Below are positions 12,738 to 25,391 of a stretch of DNA of 64,000 nt, one piece after another. Numbering within the stretch: position 1 is the stretch's first letter; every line of letters starts with the position of its first letter. The translations under genes were made by a program, and so were the position numbers. This stretch comes from Octopus sinensis. Taxonomy: Eukaryota. Location of the stretch: the NCBI RefSeq assembly GCF_006345805.1, contig NC_043004.1, forward strand, positions 103,354,001-103,418,000. Reading direction: 5' to 3'. The notes under the pieces were generated by a model. The model was not told where the DNA came from, searched no databases, and worked only from the letters and a program-made list of their open reading frames with translations.

Positions 12738-13190
12738 GGGCTGGTTTCCCAATTTCATGGCCTATATATTCCCCACTTGAATCGGATGCCAGTCTGTAAC
12801 AGGATTACTCATTTTTGCCAACTGAGTGAGCTGTAGCAGCATGAAATGAAGTGTTTTGCTCAAGGTCACAATGCATTACCTGGTTCAAAAATCGAAACCA
12901 CAATCTTACGATCATGAGCCCTTGAGCTCATGAGGACAGACCTTCACCTAGTTTCCATGGTGTATAAGTGACTAAGATTACAACACTCCCCGCTGAATGG
13001 GACGCTGGTCCTTCATGGGGTTAACTTACTATCTTTTGCTGGAAATCATTTATGGCTAAGTGGACTGGAGCAACATGAAATGAAATGTTTTGTTTGAGAA
13101 CACAACACACCACCTGTTCCAGGAATTGAAAGTGTGACCTTACAATTGTGAGTGTAACGCTCTAACCACCAGACCACATACCTTCACACC
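12738..13190 (-). mobile_element. Two diverged SINE family D copies (others near 7560-7781, 20870-21150, 37370-37690, 42890-43160, 63967-64000)
   Basis: gaaatgaagtgttttgctcaag core next to a tRNA-like head. Confidence 0.65.
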
Positions 13191-13537
13191 TTCTTGAAAC
13201 ACTGACTCTATTCTTTAATATACTATGGATAAACTTTTGCAAATTAATAGGAAGTATCGAGGCTCGTTTTGGTATTTCTTACAGCCTTGGTTTCTCTTTC
13301 TGATTTTTCAGAAGACTTTAATATCATCATCATCAACGTCCGCTTTCCATGCTATCATGGGTTGGACGATTTGACTGAGGACTGGTGAACCAGATGGCTG
13401 CACCAGACTCCAAAGTTTTGTTATTTCGGAATGTACTTTTGGAGCAAGAATTTTGCTTTCTTTTAGTTATTCATTTGAGTGATTTGAGATATCTTTGTGC
13501 ATTAATTGTTTTTATTTTTCCAGAAAATAGCTTCAAA

Positions 13538-13609
13538 ATGGACCTGGACATTACACAAGCTATCACTTTCAGTGATGTAGAAGATGATGCTGAGAAAATT
13601 AAACTTCCG
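13538..13609 (+). CDS. MDC1: MDC1 coding exon 1 (MDLDITQAITFSDVEDDAEKIKLP)
   Basis: Acceptor tttttccag ends at 13523, ATG at 13538, donor gttagt, phase 0. Confidence 0.88.
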
Positions 13610-13703
13610 GTTAGTAATTGACAGTTTTCTCTTGAGACCTGTAGAATATTATGAGGAGTTAAATAAACTGAGTCCTTACAGTACAGTATTTGGCAAATAT
13701 TTA

Positions 13704-14118
13704 TTATTGATAAGAGTGAGATGTGGTGTCTGAGGGAGAAAGGGATGGCAATTTTGAGGACCAAGAGAGCAATGTGAGATGTGAAACTATTGGATAAAAG
13801 GAGGGCTGAAAACTTGGAGGTGCTGGAGTTAAAGGAATCAGTGGAACAGCTGGCAAGGGCGAATGGTGTGCAGTGGTATGGACATGTGTTGGGGAGGGAT
13901 GAGGATCATGTTCTGAGGAAAGTGCTTGAGTTTAGAGTGAATGAACCTTGAAAGAGAGGTTGGCCAAGGGGGACAGGTGGAGGAGGAGATTGGGAGGGTT
14001 GGCTTGAGGAGGGAGGATGCTCAGAACTGGGCAAGATGGTGTGAGAGCAGTTGCTGTAGGAGTGAAGTAGATCCAGCCACCCCAGTTAACGGGGACAAAC
14101 TCGGATTCAAAATATTGG
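13704..14118 (+). mobile_element. RTE LINE 3' fragment (second lineage)
   Basis: Decayed QLARANGVQWYGHVLGRDEDHVLRKVLEF C-terminus. Confidence 0.75.
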
Positions 14119-14364
14119 ACAAGAGAAAGAAAGGTCATTTTGTAACCTCATGTTTCAAGGTTCAATCCTACAGTGTTTTGCCTTGGGTATCCTCTGTCCT
14201 AACCTCAGGCTAACTAATGCCTTGTGTGTGAAATTCGGTAGAGAGAAACTGCATGTGTGTGTGTGAGTTATGTAAGATGTAAAACATCGTCAAGGGAATC
14301 AATAAACTACTTTCAAACAAAGATACTTTGTGGTATTAGTTCTGACCTTCTTGCACAGATGCTC

Positions 14365-14732
14365 CTTTACTCTTTTGCTTGTTTCAGTCATTTAACAGCG
14401 GCCATGCTGGAGCACCGCCTGTAGTCAAGCAAATCGACCCCAGGACTTATTCCTTGTAAGCCTAGTACTTATTCTATTGGTCTCTTTTGCCAAACCGCTA
14501 AGTTACGGGGATGTAGACACACCAGCATTCGTTGTCAAGCGATGGGTGGGGGGCAAACACATACATATATACGACAGGCTTCTTTCAGTTTCCGTCTACC
14601 AAATCCACTCAAGGCTTTGGTTGGCCCGAAGCTATAATAGAAGGCACTTGCCCAAGGTGCCACGCAGTGGGACTGAACCCGGAACCATGTGGTTCGTAAG
14701 CAAGCTACTTACCACACAGCCACTCCTACGCC
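14365..14732 (-). mobile_element. SINE family A
   Basis: Same consensus. Confidence 0.85.
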
Positions 14733-15066
14733 TTTGTGACCTTTATTGTCATAAATGCCATGAAACTGTGATTAATGATACTGTTGTTCAAAAAATGCAA
14801 CAGAAATTTAAATAACACCAATGATGACTTTTGGGAACCGGAGCCTGATTAGAAAAACTTCTTTTTTATGAAAAATGCATAAAGACTGTAATTCCATTCG
14901 GGAAATGCATTAAATGCTCCAAGATTGCGATAGAAAAGATGTATTTGCCTCAACAGGTAAATTTAAGGATTATCTAATACGTTCATTTACAGAATTTACT
15001 AATTTAGGTGGTAGTTCTTGTTTATATGACTATGTTCTTCATACACTTACCTTTGCCCTTTTTCAG

Positions 15067-15130
15067 GTGGCACATCTGACAATCCTGAATCATCAAACTT
15101 TGAAAAATAAAACGTTTCCTATTTTCAGAG
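15067..15130 (+). CDS. MDC1: MDC1 coding exon 2 (VAHLTILNHQTLKNKTFPIFR), FHA start
   Basis: tttcag / gtaaag, phase 0 to 1. Confidence 0.88.
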
Positions 15131-15624
15131 GTAAAGTTTCTCTAGATATTTGTTTTATTGTTTACCTTTTACTTCTTTTTTTTTTTTGTAAATTTTGTCC
15201 CTGCTGCTTCTTAGATATCATTATACATTCATCACACCTCATCCCAATCTTCAAAGTTCAGTCTTTTAGCTGTAAAATTAAATTTCTCAGGTTATTCCAG
15301 TAATGATATTAGATATCTAACCAAAAATAAATAGACGTGGTATTTTATGCAAGTCATGTTACCTCAATAAACTTGACATTTCTCAACAGAAAATAGTTTC
15401 AAACGTGACATTGTCATCACCTTCATGAGATTCAGATCTTATGGCCAACTTTCATCATGTTTTTTCCATATCTTCTTCAGTTTCCTTCCCTGCAGAATTG
15501 CTTCCCGCTACTTTACTCAACTGTCACTTTCTGTATGCATCACATATTCATACCACTCAGTTTTCTCTGTTGCACATAACTGCTGATTTCTTTTATACCA
15601 ATTTCACATAGCAGCCCCAGCCCA

Positions 15625-16003
15625 TCCAAAGAAACTTGGATCGCAGAACGGCCTGCTGTGCTTACCTTGGATCGTAGGGCGACCTACTGAGTCAAGTACA
15701 TCAACATCAAAATAAAAAATCAAATGGAAATTTTAGTTGTGATACCTGTACTGGTGGCACATAAAAAGCACCATCCAAACGTGGCCGATGCCAGCGCCGC
15801 CTTGACTGGCTTCCATGCCGGTGGCACGTAAAAAGCACCCACTGCACTCAAAGACTGGTTGGCGTTAGGAAGGGCATCCAGCTGTAGAAACACTGCTAGA
15901 TCAGATTGGAGCCTGGTGCAGCCTCCTGGCTTCCCAGACCCCTTTGAACCGTCCAACCCATGCTAGCATGGAAAACAGATGTTAAACGATGATGATGACG
16001 ACG
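15625..16003 (+). mobile_element. RTE 3'UTR/tail copy
   Basis: ttggcgttaggaagggcatccag...aacccatgctagcatgg...(gat)n. Confidence 0.8.
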
Positions 16004-16678
16004 ATCGTGCACACTAATATTACACATCGGTGGTGCATACTTGCTTCATTTCTTTGCTGCCTTCATACATCCTCTACATCCAGTGCTTAAGTTTTCTACC
16101 ATGTAACATTTCACTTTGACTACAGGCCTTGTACAGTCTGCTCCTCACTTGGACAGAGAAACTTTTGTTACTAACAAAGGTAATAGCTACCTGAACATTT
16201 TCCACCATGTTCTAACTCTGGTTACTAAGCTTTTTGAACACCTATCTACTGCAGTGGAGATTAAATCACTGAGGTAGCAGAAGCTGTTGATTACTTCTAA
16301 GGAACCTTCCAGACATTTGAAAGAATGCTCTTACTTCTGTACATCTACATTGAAGTTCTTTGTCAGTCTACCTGTGAGCCCACTACACCTGTTGTGCACT
16401 CATAGTTTACACTATATTCACAGATTTGAACTCCTAGGTCTCCTTTGCTGCATATCAAACAGGGCATCTTTACAGATGGTAGTATGGTTCTGTGCTCTGT
16501 GCTGCTAAATAAATATTTTTGTCTTTGTTCAGTTTACTTTTAGACATTTTGATTCTAAGTTTTGCTTCCATTTTATATCACTTTGGAATTCTGAACACTT
16601 TACACCTTTGAGCCTCTCGTAGCAGAACATTGATAAACTTCTTACTTTTGGTTTCTCCCCTCTATATATATTCCACTC

Positions 16679-16905
16679 GGCGAGCTGGCAGAAACGTTAG
16701 CACGCCGGGCGAAATTCGTAGCCGTATTTCGTCTGTCGTTGCGTTCCGAGTTCAAATTCCGCCGAGGTCGACTTTGCCTTTCATCCTTTCGGGGTCGATA
16801 AATTAAGTACCAGTCACGCACTGGGGTCGATGTAATCGACTTAATCCCTTTGTCTGTCCTTGTTTGTCCCCTCTGTGTTTAGCCCCTTGTGGGTAATAAA
16901 GAAAT
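16679..16905 (+). mobile_element. SINE family B, full length
   Basis: Same consensus. Confidence 0.85.
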
Positions 16906-17441
16906 ATATATATATTCCACTCTTTTCCTTTCTTTTTAGGATTGTCATGTACTCTATTTTCCAGCATACAAGTTGACATAGCATATAGTGTAAACATATA
17001 AAGTAAACATTCAAACATTGTCCCTATCTTTCCAAATCCTGCTGCATTTCACATGGAATCTTTGGTCCTCCAAAGTCATCTTAGTGTATAAGCCACCTTA
17101 CCTTTTTCTTTTAGCTATAAATTTTGGTCTGAAAAGTTTGACTTGTATGTTAGAAAATATGGTATATACATACATATGTGTGTATATATATATACATATG
17201 TGTCTGTGTGTATAAGTGGCATTCATGAAATTCACAACCTTTGAGTCAGTTTGTAACATAAGCCAATTAAGATAGTAATTGTAATAGTATTATTATACTG
17301 CTTGTGTATATATATATATTAGTTAAATAAAGTTACATGCTCTGGTTTTCATGTTTTTTTATTATTGTATTTGAAAAAAGAAATTTTTTCCAATGTTGAA
17401 GTGTGTTAAACATTAAAAAAATATTTTGTAATGTTCATAAA

Positions 17442-17488
17442 GTTCAATTAGCGCTTTCATACGTTTGTAGTAATCATCAGATTTCAAA
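17442..17488 (-). ncRNA. Minimal hammerhead-like motif
   Basis: Minus strand: AAT-CTGATGA-T-TAC(loop)GTA-T-GAA-AGCGCT-A-ATT. Palindromic stem III, short stem I. Confidence 0.5.
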
Positions 17489-17682
17489 ATTTATTAACTG
17501 ACAGCTGAGTTGATTGCTTGACAACTGTAGTTAAATGACTGACTTCTTCCTTTTTATACCTTTTTGAAGGCTCCGACAAGCTGAATTTTTTGAATAAGGT
17601 TTTAACCAATCTGCATGCAGCTTAAACATCACGGTTTGCCAGGCGCACTGATGTTACTGGCATATATATATATATATATATG

Positions 17683-18062
17683 GAAGCACTCCATCGGTTA
17701 CGACAACGAGGGTTCCGGTTGATCCGAATCAACGGAACAGCCTGCTCGTGAAATTAACGTGTAAGTGGCTGAGCACTCCACAGACACATGTACCCTTAAC
17801 GTAGTTCTCGGGGATATTCAGCGTGACACAGAGAGTGACAAGGCCAGCCCTTTTGAAATACTGGTACAACAGAAACAGGAAGTAAGAGTGAGAGAAAGTT
17901 GTGGTGAAAGAGTACAGCAGGGATCACCACCATCCCCTGCCGGAGCCTCGTGGAGCTTTAGGTGTTTTCGCTCAATAAACACTCACAACGCCCGGTCTGG
18001 GAATCGAAACCGCGATCCTATGACCACGAGTCCGCTGCCCTAACCACTGGGCCATTGCGCCT

Positions 18063-18063
<1 letters not shown>
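17683..18063 (-). mobile_element. tRNA-derived SINE family C
   Basis: Near-identical reverse complement of 7944-8331, inserted in (TA)n. Confidence 0.85.
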
Positions 18064-18103
<40 letters not shown>

Positions 18104-18487
18104 GTATGTATGTATAGTGCATGTGACGGTTAGCACAATACATACATGACAAATTCAGATAATTGAATCTATTGAGTAAACTCATTGATAGATGAGCCTC
18201 AGTATGGTGACTCAACCTACTAGAAACACCAGCCAGATTTCTCTCAAATTATTCCCTACTATGTTAGGAAAGAAATCCACATGAAGAAATATGGTTGTGG
18301 GTTCACTGTGCCTAGGATAAAGACAGGATGGTCACTGCTGGAATACCTTTGATCATACATCTGCTTAATCTGGGCTAACATGAGACTAAACAACAACTTT
18401 TACTACAAATTGTTTGTAGAGAATTCATTTTAATTAAAAAAATTTTTCTTTTACTAATTCTTTGTATTTGATTCTGGAAATTTCTAG

Positions 18488-18543
18488 GAAAGAACATTAT
18501 TGGCCGACATGAACATTCCTGTGAAGTCTGCATTCCAGTTAAG
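18488..18543 (+). CDS. MDC1: MDC1 coding exon 3 (GKNIIGRHEHSCEVCIPVK), FHA GR motif
   Basis: ttctag / gtaaaa, phase 1 to 0. Confidence 0.92.
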
Positions 18544-20359
18544 GTAAAACAGTTTTCATTTAAAGTATTATATCTCTACCTCGCTTGGCAACAGGTGGGG
18601 GTTGGCGTCAGGAAAGGCATTCGGCCGTAGAAAACTTGCCACACGCATAGCGCTGTGCATATATGCATACATTTCAATTGTCTTAATGGTTTGATTTGTC
18701 TTTTTTTTTTCTCTCTCACCTGTCTTGTTTCTTCATTGGAAATGTTTTCATTCACTGTAATAATACTCGGGGGGGGGGGGTGATGTAGAAATACAACATT
18801 CCAATATTTATCCATGTAACTTTTTCACGCTAAGAGTTGCTGAAGCATGGAACAAACTGCCGGCTTCAGTTGTTAGTTGTCGGATCACTGCATCCTTCAA
18901 AACTTCTATGCCTCCTGAGATTCGCCAACACTACACCTGATTTTCTCCCCTCCATACACACACAAGCATGTATCTGACTCATACACTGTTCACTTTCCAG
19001 ACATTTGTACATTATTGCATATACTTTATATGTACTTTCTGACAAGTTGTGGTGCACCTGAGCACTGTATACAATAGTTTCATTATTATTATTATATAGA
19101 ATCAAAATCAGCTTTTCAAAAGATGTTTATGGAATTTAGCTCATTAGAAGGTCAAAAGCATCTACAATGAGGCATAATTCCTGTGAATTTGAAGTGTTGA
19201 CTACCAACCATGTAGTCATGAGTTCAAATTTTCATACAGGTGTTGTGTTGGGCCTCTACACAAAGACTCATTTCTCTGCTTGTTTCACTTTGCCTGCATC
19301 TACCAAAATAGAATCCAGTGTGAGTAGTAAGAAGGATATTTGCTGTAATAAAAATCTTTTTTTTTGAGATAATCATTAATACAGACATTTAGCATCACAG
19401 TTGCTGATTCCAGAAGACGACCTGTCAAGCCAAATGAAATTGTGGTTTTGGCCAATGCCAGTGTTATGTCACTGGCACCCATGTTGGTGGCTCGTAAAAG
19501 CACCATTTGAACTTCGGACCTCACGGAGGCAGTGTCAAGTGACGAAGACCTTTGGCAATATACTGTGCTTGAGAAGAAGACCCATCAAGCTAAGTGAAAT
19601 TGTAGTCATGGCAGATGCTGGTGTTTCGTAGTGACATGTAAAAGACACCCACTACACTCTCGGAGTGGTTGGCATTAGGAAGGGCATCCAGCTGTAGAAA
19701 CCAGGAAACTGGAACCTGGTGCAGCTCCCCAGCTTATCAGTTTTCAGTCAAACCATCCAACCCATGCCAGTATGGCAAATTAATGTTAAATGATGATGAT
19801 GCTTGCCTTCTCTTCTTTCATATTATACAGTTTTCAGTTTCCTCATCACCCTTGTTTTAATTCCATTCAACATTATGACTTCTGACATGTTAATAACTGC
19901 ATTTCTCTTGTCTCCATTCCTCTTCATTTACCACCCTCCTTCACACTCCCATGAATTTACTTAACCACCCATACTATTTCTCTTACATTCACCTCCTTAT
20001 GATTTGAGGGTGTCATGACACATCTTCACCACCACCACCACCATCCTCTTCATTTTTTTTCCCCCAACTGAAGTAACAATATATCTCCCTACTGCAAGGC
20101 ATCTGTTCTTGTCCCTCTATCATACTTTTAGCCTCTTATCACCTGCCATAAAGCCTCCCTCAATATTATTCTCCCTCACTCAGTTGCGAGGATCTTGACA
20201 GTGCCATGTAAAAGCTCCCATACACTCTGTAAAGTGATTAGCATTAGGAAAGAGATCAAGTCATAGAACCATACCAAAGTATAGGTAAAAGTTTTGTGCA
20301 ATCCTCTGACTCACCAGCTCCTGTCAAACCATCCAACCTGCACAGGCAAGAACGATTTT

Positions 20360-20705
20360 GGCTTGATTTTTACAACAGCGCTTAAGGTGGTTCGGTCATG
20401 CAGCCCGGCGTCCAGAGGGTGAGCTGATTCACAATGTCCTTCTCCCACCTCCACTTCCCAACTGGCGCAAACGCACGGGCTGGCAGCTGAAGACCTGGGC
20501 AACGACGATAAAGGAAGACCTCTCCAAACTCTCAGGTCTGCAGGTGTTTGGTCTGCGCAGATGGAACCGCAAATGGCTCGCTATCTCCAGTGACCTCGCA
20601 CAGGACCGTCGAGTGTGGGCCGCCATGGTTCGTGATTCCGTCAGGACCAGAGAAGAAGCCGGCTCAACCCGCCCTGGGTGAACGCCGTCACAAGTACAAG
20701 TAAGG
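20360..20705 (+). mobile_element. RTE LINE 3' fragment, GC-rich (third lineage)
   Basis: QQRLRWFGHAARRPEG...DLAQDRRVWAAMVRD...STRPG-stop, caagta tail. Confidence 0.8.
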
Positions 20706-21349
20706 ATGCCCTTCCAAATGCCAGCCACTTTACAGTGTGGATGGGATGCTTTTTACGTGGAATGATCATAAAATCGTGAGTTCGATTCTTGTGGCATGTT
20801 GTCATTGCATTATGTTCCATTTCAATGCGCTATGATACCACACTTGCAGCATTCAGTTGCTACACTGACCACTGACCTGGCTCTCTGTTAGTAATGATGA
20901 CAAGTGTTCCAGTTGATATGGCCAACTCCACAGACAGGCATACCATTAATGTGGTTCTCAGGGAGATTCAGCATGATGTGCCAAATGTGACGAGGCTGGC
21001 TCACTGCACTACAAGTACAGCTCATTTTTACTAACTGAATAGACTGGAACAACATGAAACAAAATGTCTTGTTTGAGGACACAGATCTCCACTGGGAATC
21101 AAACTCACAACCTTATTATCATGAGCCAAATACATTAACCACTGTGTCATCACTTTCACAATCACAACATGACACTGTGCACCATATATCCATTGCTATG
21201 CACCATCACATGTCATTTAGTTCCTACACCAAACTTATTCCACTATCATTTCCTTCATTTAGTCATTTCTTTGATAACATACACAACTAGATTTCCCATA
21301 CTTGAAATAAATTATCAACTCTTTGCATAAAAAAAAATATTAAATAAAA

Positions 21350-24290
21350 CACCCCACAACATAGACTGGTAGTTAGTGACTTTAGGATCAGGACTAGGAG
21401 GACAACCAGAAGACGACAAATATGGAGAAGAAGGATCTGGAAGCTTAAAGATCCTGCAAATGGACAGAGATTTAGGGACATATTACTTGAAGCCTCTGAC
21501 GAAGTAGAAGGGGATAGAGCATCACAGGGGGTAGAAGACAGCTGGACGTTTCTAAGGGACAACCTGCTGAGAGCCACTGACCAGATCTGTGGCTGGTGCA
21601 AAGTCCCCTCTCGACCTAGAATAACGTGGTGGTGGAACAATATTGTAGACAGGGCTATTAGAGAAAAGAGACAGGCTTGGAAGGTCTGGAAAAATGGGGT
21701 AGCAGGGAATTGTATCAGACTGCCAAAAGAGAAGCTAGGAGACAGGTTTATTTAGCCAGAGGGGAAGCAGATAAGAAAAAATTTGCCAATGTTCTGCGCC
21801 GTGAGGACCAAAACTGGAGGTGTTTCGTGTTGCAAGACAGTGTGTGAGAGAGAATCGTGATGTGGTAGGAGAGAAGTGTGTTCGCATGGAAGATGGTTCA
21901 CTTGCGCTAAATGAGGATGCAAAGAGAGAGGTTTGGAGATGCCACTATGAAAGGTTGCTGAATGAAGAAAATGAATGGGATAAAGAGAGTCTGCTGCGAA
22001 TGTTGACCCACAGAGGGACCAGCTATCCGAGTTGATAGTTCTGTGGTAGCTAAGGCAATTAGAAGCATGAAGACAGGGAAAGCCCCAGGCCCATCAGGAA
22101 TCACTGCAGAGATGCTCAAAATGTCTGGTAGTGTCGGCTATAGCCTAGTCACCCATATAGTTAATCAGGTGATACACAAAGGGGTCATACCCAATGACTG
22201 GTGTAGCAGTATAATAGTCAACTGCTACAAAGGTAAAGGTGATGCCCTAGATACAATAACTACAGAGGTATCAAGCTGTTGGACCAGGTGATGAAGGTTA
22301 TGGAGAGGGTCATAGCCCAACTAATTAGAGAGAGAGTTAGTTTAGATGAGATGCAGTTTGGGTTTGTGCCAGGGAAAAGTACTACTGATGCTATATTCCT
22401 GGTAAGGCAGCTGCAGGAGAAATACCTAGCCAAAGATAAGCCCCTGTACCTGGCTTTTGTTGACATGGAGAAAGCCTTCGACAAGGTCCCCCGATCCCTT
22501 ATCTGGCGGGCAATGAGAAAACTAGGGATAGATGAATGGTTAGTAAGAGCTGTGCGGGCCATGTATAGGGACGCCGCTAGTAGGGTGAGGGTTGGAAATG
22601 AGTACAGTGAAGAATTCCGGGTAGAGGTAGGGGTCCACCAAGGCTCAGTACTCAGCCCCCTCCTATTTATCATAGTCCTCCAGGCAATAACGGAGGAATT
22701 CAAGACAGGATGCCCTTGGGAGCTCCTCTATGCTGATGACCTTGCTCTAATTGCTGAGTCGCTATCAGAACTGGAGGAGAAGTTTCAGGTGTGGAAACAA
22801 GGATTAGAATCGAAGGGCCTCAGAGTCAATCTAGCTAAAACCAAAGTCGTAATCAGTAGGAAGGTAGACAAATCACAAACACCTTCAGGTAGATGGCCCT
22901 GCTCGATCTGTAGAAAAGGTGTAGGTAGAAACTCTAAGATGCACCAAGTGTAAGCTATGGACACAAGAGATGCAGCAATGTCAAAGGAAGGCTAACTAGG
23001 AAGATGGTTTTTGTATGTGGCAGATGCTCAGGAACAATAAACACTGAAAATGCTCTGAGACCAACTTCCGTCACTTTCCAGGGAGAAAAACTAGAAATAG
23101 TTGATAGTTTCCGTTACCTAGGTGACCAAGTCAGCAGTGGGGGCGGGTGTGCTGAAAGTGTAACTGCTAGAGTAAGAATAGCTTGGGCAAAGTTCAGAGA
23201 GCTCTTACCTCTGCTGGTGACAAAAGGCCTCTCGCACAGAGTGAAAGGCAGACTGTATGATGCGTGTGTACGAACAGCCATGCTACATGGCAGTGAAACA
23301 TGAGCCGTGACTGCTGAGGATATGCGTAAGCTCGCTAGAAATGAAGCCAGTATGCTCCGATGGATGTGTAATGCCGGTACTCACACTCGGCAGAGTGTAA
23401 GTACCTTGAGAGAAAAGCTGGACCTAAGAAGCATCAGTTGTGGTGTGCAAGAGAGACGTTTGCGCTGGTATGGTCATGTGGCGAGAATGGATGAAGATAG
23501 TTGTGTGAAAAAGTGCCACACCCTAGCGGTTGAGGGAACCTGTGGAAGAGGCAGACCCAGGAAAACCTGGGACGAGGTGGTGAAGCACGACCTTCGAACT
23601 TTAGGTCTCACTGAGGAAATGACTAGAGACCGAGACCTCTGGAAGTGTGCTGTGCGTGAGAAGACCCGGCAGGACAAGTGAGTCCACAACCCGTGGCCTT
23701 CTACATGGGATGGAGCCAGCCTACGTATGCATACCTTCCCTTCTTGGGACACAAAACTCTACTTGTGAAGACGTGTTGAAGCAGCAGTGAGGATCAGAAT
23801 CGAAATCGATCAATGGAAATTGCGGATGTGCTACCAGTGCCGGTGGCATGTCGAAACTCTGCTTGTGAAGACCCATTGAGGCAAGTGAGGTTCAGAATCG
23901 AAATCGATCAATGGAAATCGATCAATGGAAATTGCAGATGTGTTACCAGTGCCGGTGGCATGTAAGAGAACTTTCCGTTTCACGACCGTTGCCAGCACCG
24001 CCCCGTTTCGTGTCCGTTGCCAGCCTCGCCTGGCCCTCGTGCCGGTGGCACATAAAAAGTACCATCCGTTCGTGGCCGTTTGCCAGCTCTGTCTGGCACC
24101 AGTGCGGATGGCACGTAAAAAGCACCCACTACACTCACGGAGTGGTTGGCGTTAGGAAGGGCATCCAGCCGTAGAAACACTGCCAGATTTGACTGGGCCT
24201 GATGAAGCCTTCTGGCTTCACAGACCCCAGTAGAACCGTCCAACCCATGCTAGCATGGAAAACGGACGCTAAATGATGATGATGATGATG
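21350..24290 (+). mobile_element. RTE-clade LINE, 5'-truncated and frameshifted, with 3'UTR and (GAT)n tail
   Basis: RT motifs QFGF, KAFD, QGSVLSP and YADD, C-terminal RLRWYGH, tail ending 24290. Confidence 0.93.
22279..22953 (+). pseudogene. RTE reverse transcriptase core fragment
   Basis: 224-aa ORF with YADD, flanked by frameshifts. Confidence 0.9.
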
Positions 24291-24336
24291 AATGTTGTCA
24301 GGTTTGTCTATATTTCCGCTATTAATTTTTTTCTAG

Positions 24337-24429
24337 TCACTGTCCAAGAAACACGCTTGTATAGAAGTCGCAGGCCGTTCCCACTTACTCTATGATATGA
24401 GCAGCCGCAATAAGTCTCGGAGAGGAACT
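24337..24429 (+). CDS. MDC1: MDC1 coding exon 4 (SLSKKHACIEVAGRSHLLYDMSSRNKSRRGT), FHA SxxH and N motifs
   Basis: ttctag / gtaagt, phase 0 to 0. Confidence 0.93.
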
Positions 24430-24674
24430 GTAAGTCATTTCGTATATTTTTTATTGGTTAACTCAATAGATTTCTGTATTGATGAGATTTTGTTGTTTAA
24501 AATATTGGTCAACTGTTTTCCTTTGTTATCTTCTTTAGCATCACCATTTTCATCATTATTCCCACCAGCCTTCTTCTGGGTGTGTTTAGAGGAACTTGAT
24601 ATTCATGATAATTTGTGGCATGGATACAGAAGTATGTGCACCTCCTTTATGTTGCCCCTATTTTATTATTTCAG

Positions 24675-24764
24675 CTTTTCCTAACCCCTGAGGTGCGATA
24701 TGAACTGAAACATAAAGATACGCTGATCTTTGCTGATGTTAGCTGTCAATACGCTATTGAAGAG
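24675..24764 (+). CDS. MDC1: MDC1 coding exon 5 (LFLTPEVRYELKHKDTLIFADVSCQYAIEE), FHA end
   Basis: tttcag / gtatga, phase 0 to 0. Confidence 0.92.
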
Positions 24765-24924
24765 GTATGAATTTATCATTTTATTTGTATGAAATTAGAT
24801 GTTGTTGTTATTGTTGTTGTCATTGATTGTAGTTTTGGCAATACTGACTGTAAGAGTGCAATTCATTTGATACCAAACCACCTGATACCACTTGTGGTTT
24901 CATGATACAAAACCACTTGCTTTA

Positions 24925-25391
24925 AAGTGTTGTTTGCACTCCTCACACAAAGACGTATGAGATGGCTTGGGCATGTTAGCCGTATGAAAGATGGCAGAAT
25001 CCCCAAGGACATACTCTACGGAGAACTTGCTAGGGGTACTAGGTCTGTGGGTAGACCGTTCTTACGTTACAAGGATGTTTGCAAAAGCGACATGAAGGCC
25101 TGCAACATCAATATTAGCGGTTGGGAGACAGTTGCCGGCAACCGTGGAGAATGGCGACGTACCGTAAAAGAGGGAATACAAAGGAGTGACAGAGAGAGAG
25201 GAGAAATGGAAAGAAAGGAAGAGACGTCAACAAGAGACTATGGCATTACAACCAGCCAGGAACAGTCTTCGCTACATTTGCGGTACCTGCCAGAGGAAGT
25301 GTTTGTCTAGGATAGGACTACACAGCCACAGCATGAAATGTAAAAGCCGGACTAGACTATTTTATGCGCAACTCCATTGTCTCCCGAGACA
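24925..25391 (+). mobile_element. RTE-BovB-like LINE 3' fragment with C-terminal C2H2 finger
   Basis: RWLGHVSRMKDGRIPKDILYGEL; C.TC.R.C.SRIGLHSH. Confidence 0.82.

Noticed and set aside
24198-24230. CTGATGA hits in RTE tails, SINEs and MDC1 exons (24198, 35273, 40434, 47676, 55876)
   Set aside because: No stem II-GAAA-stem III arrangement follows, so these are chance matches.
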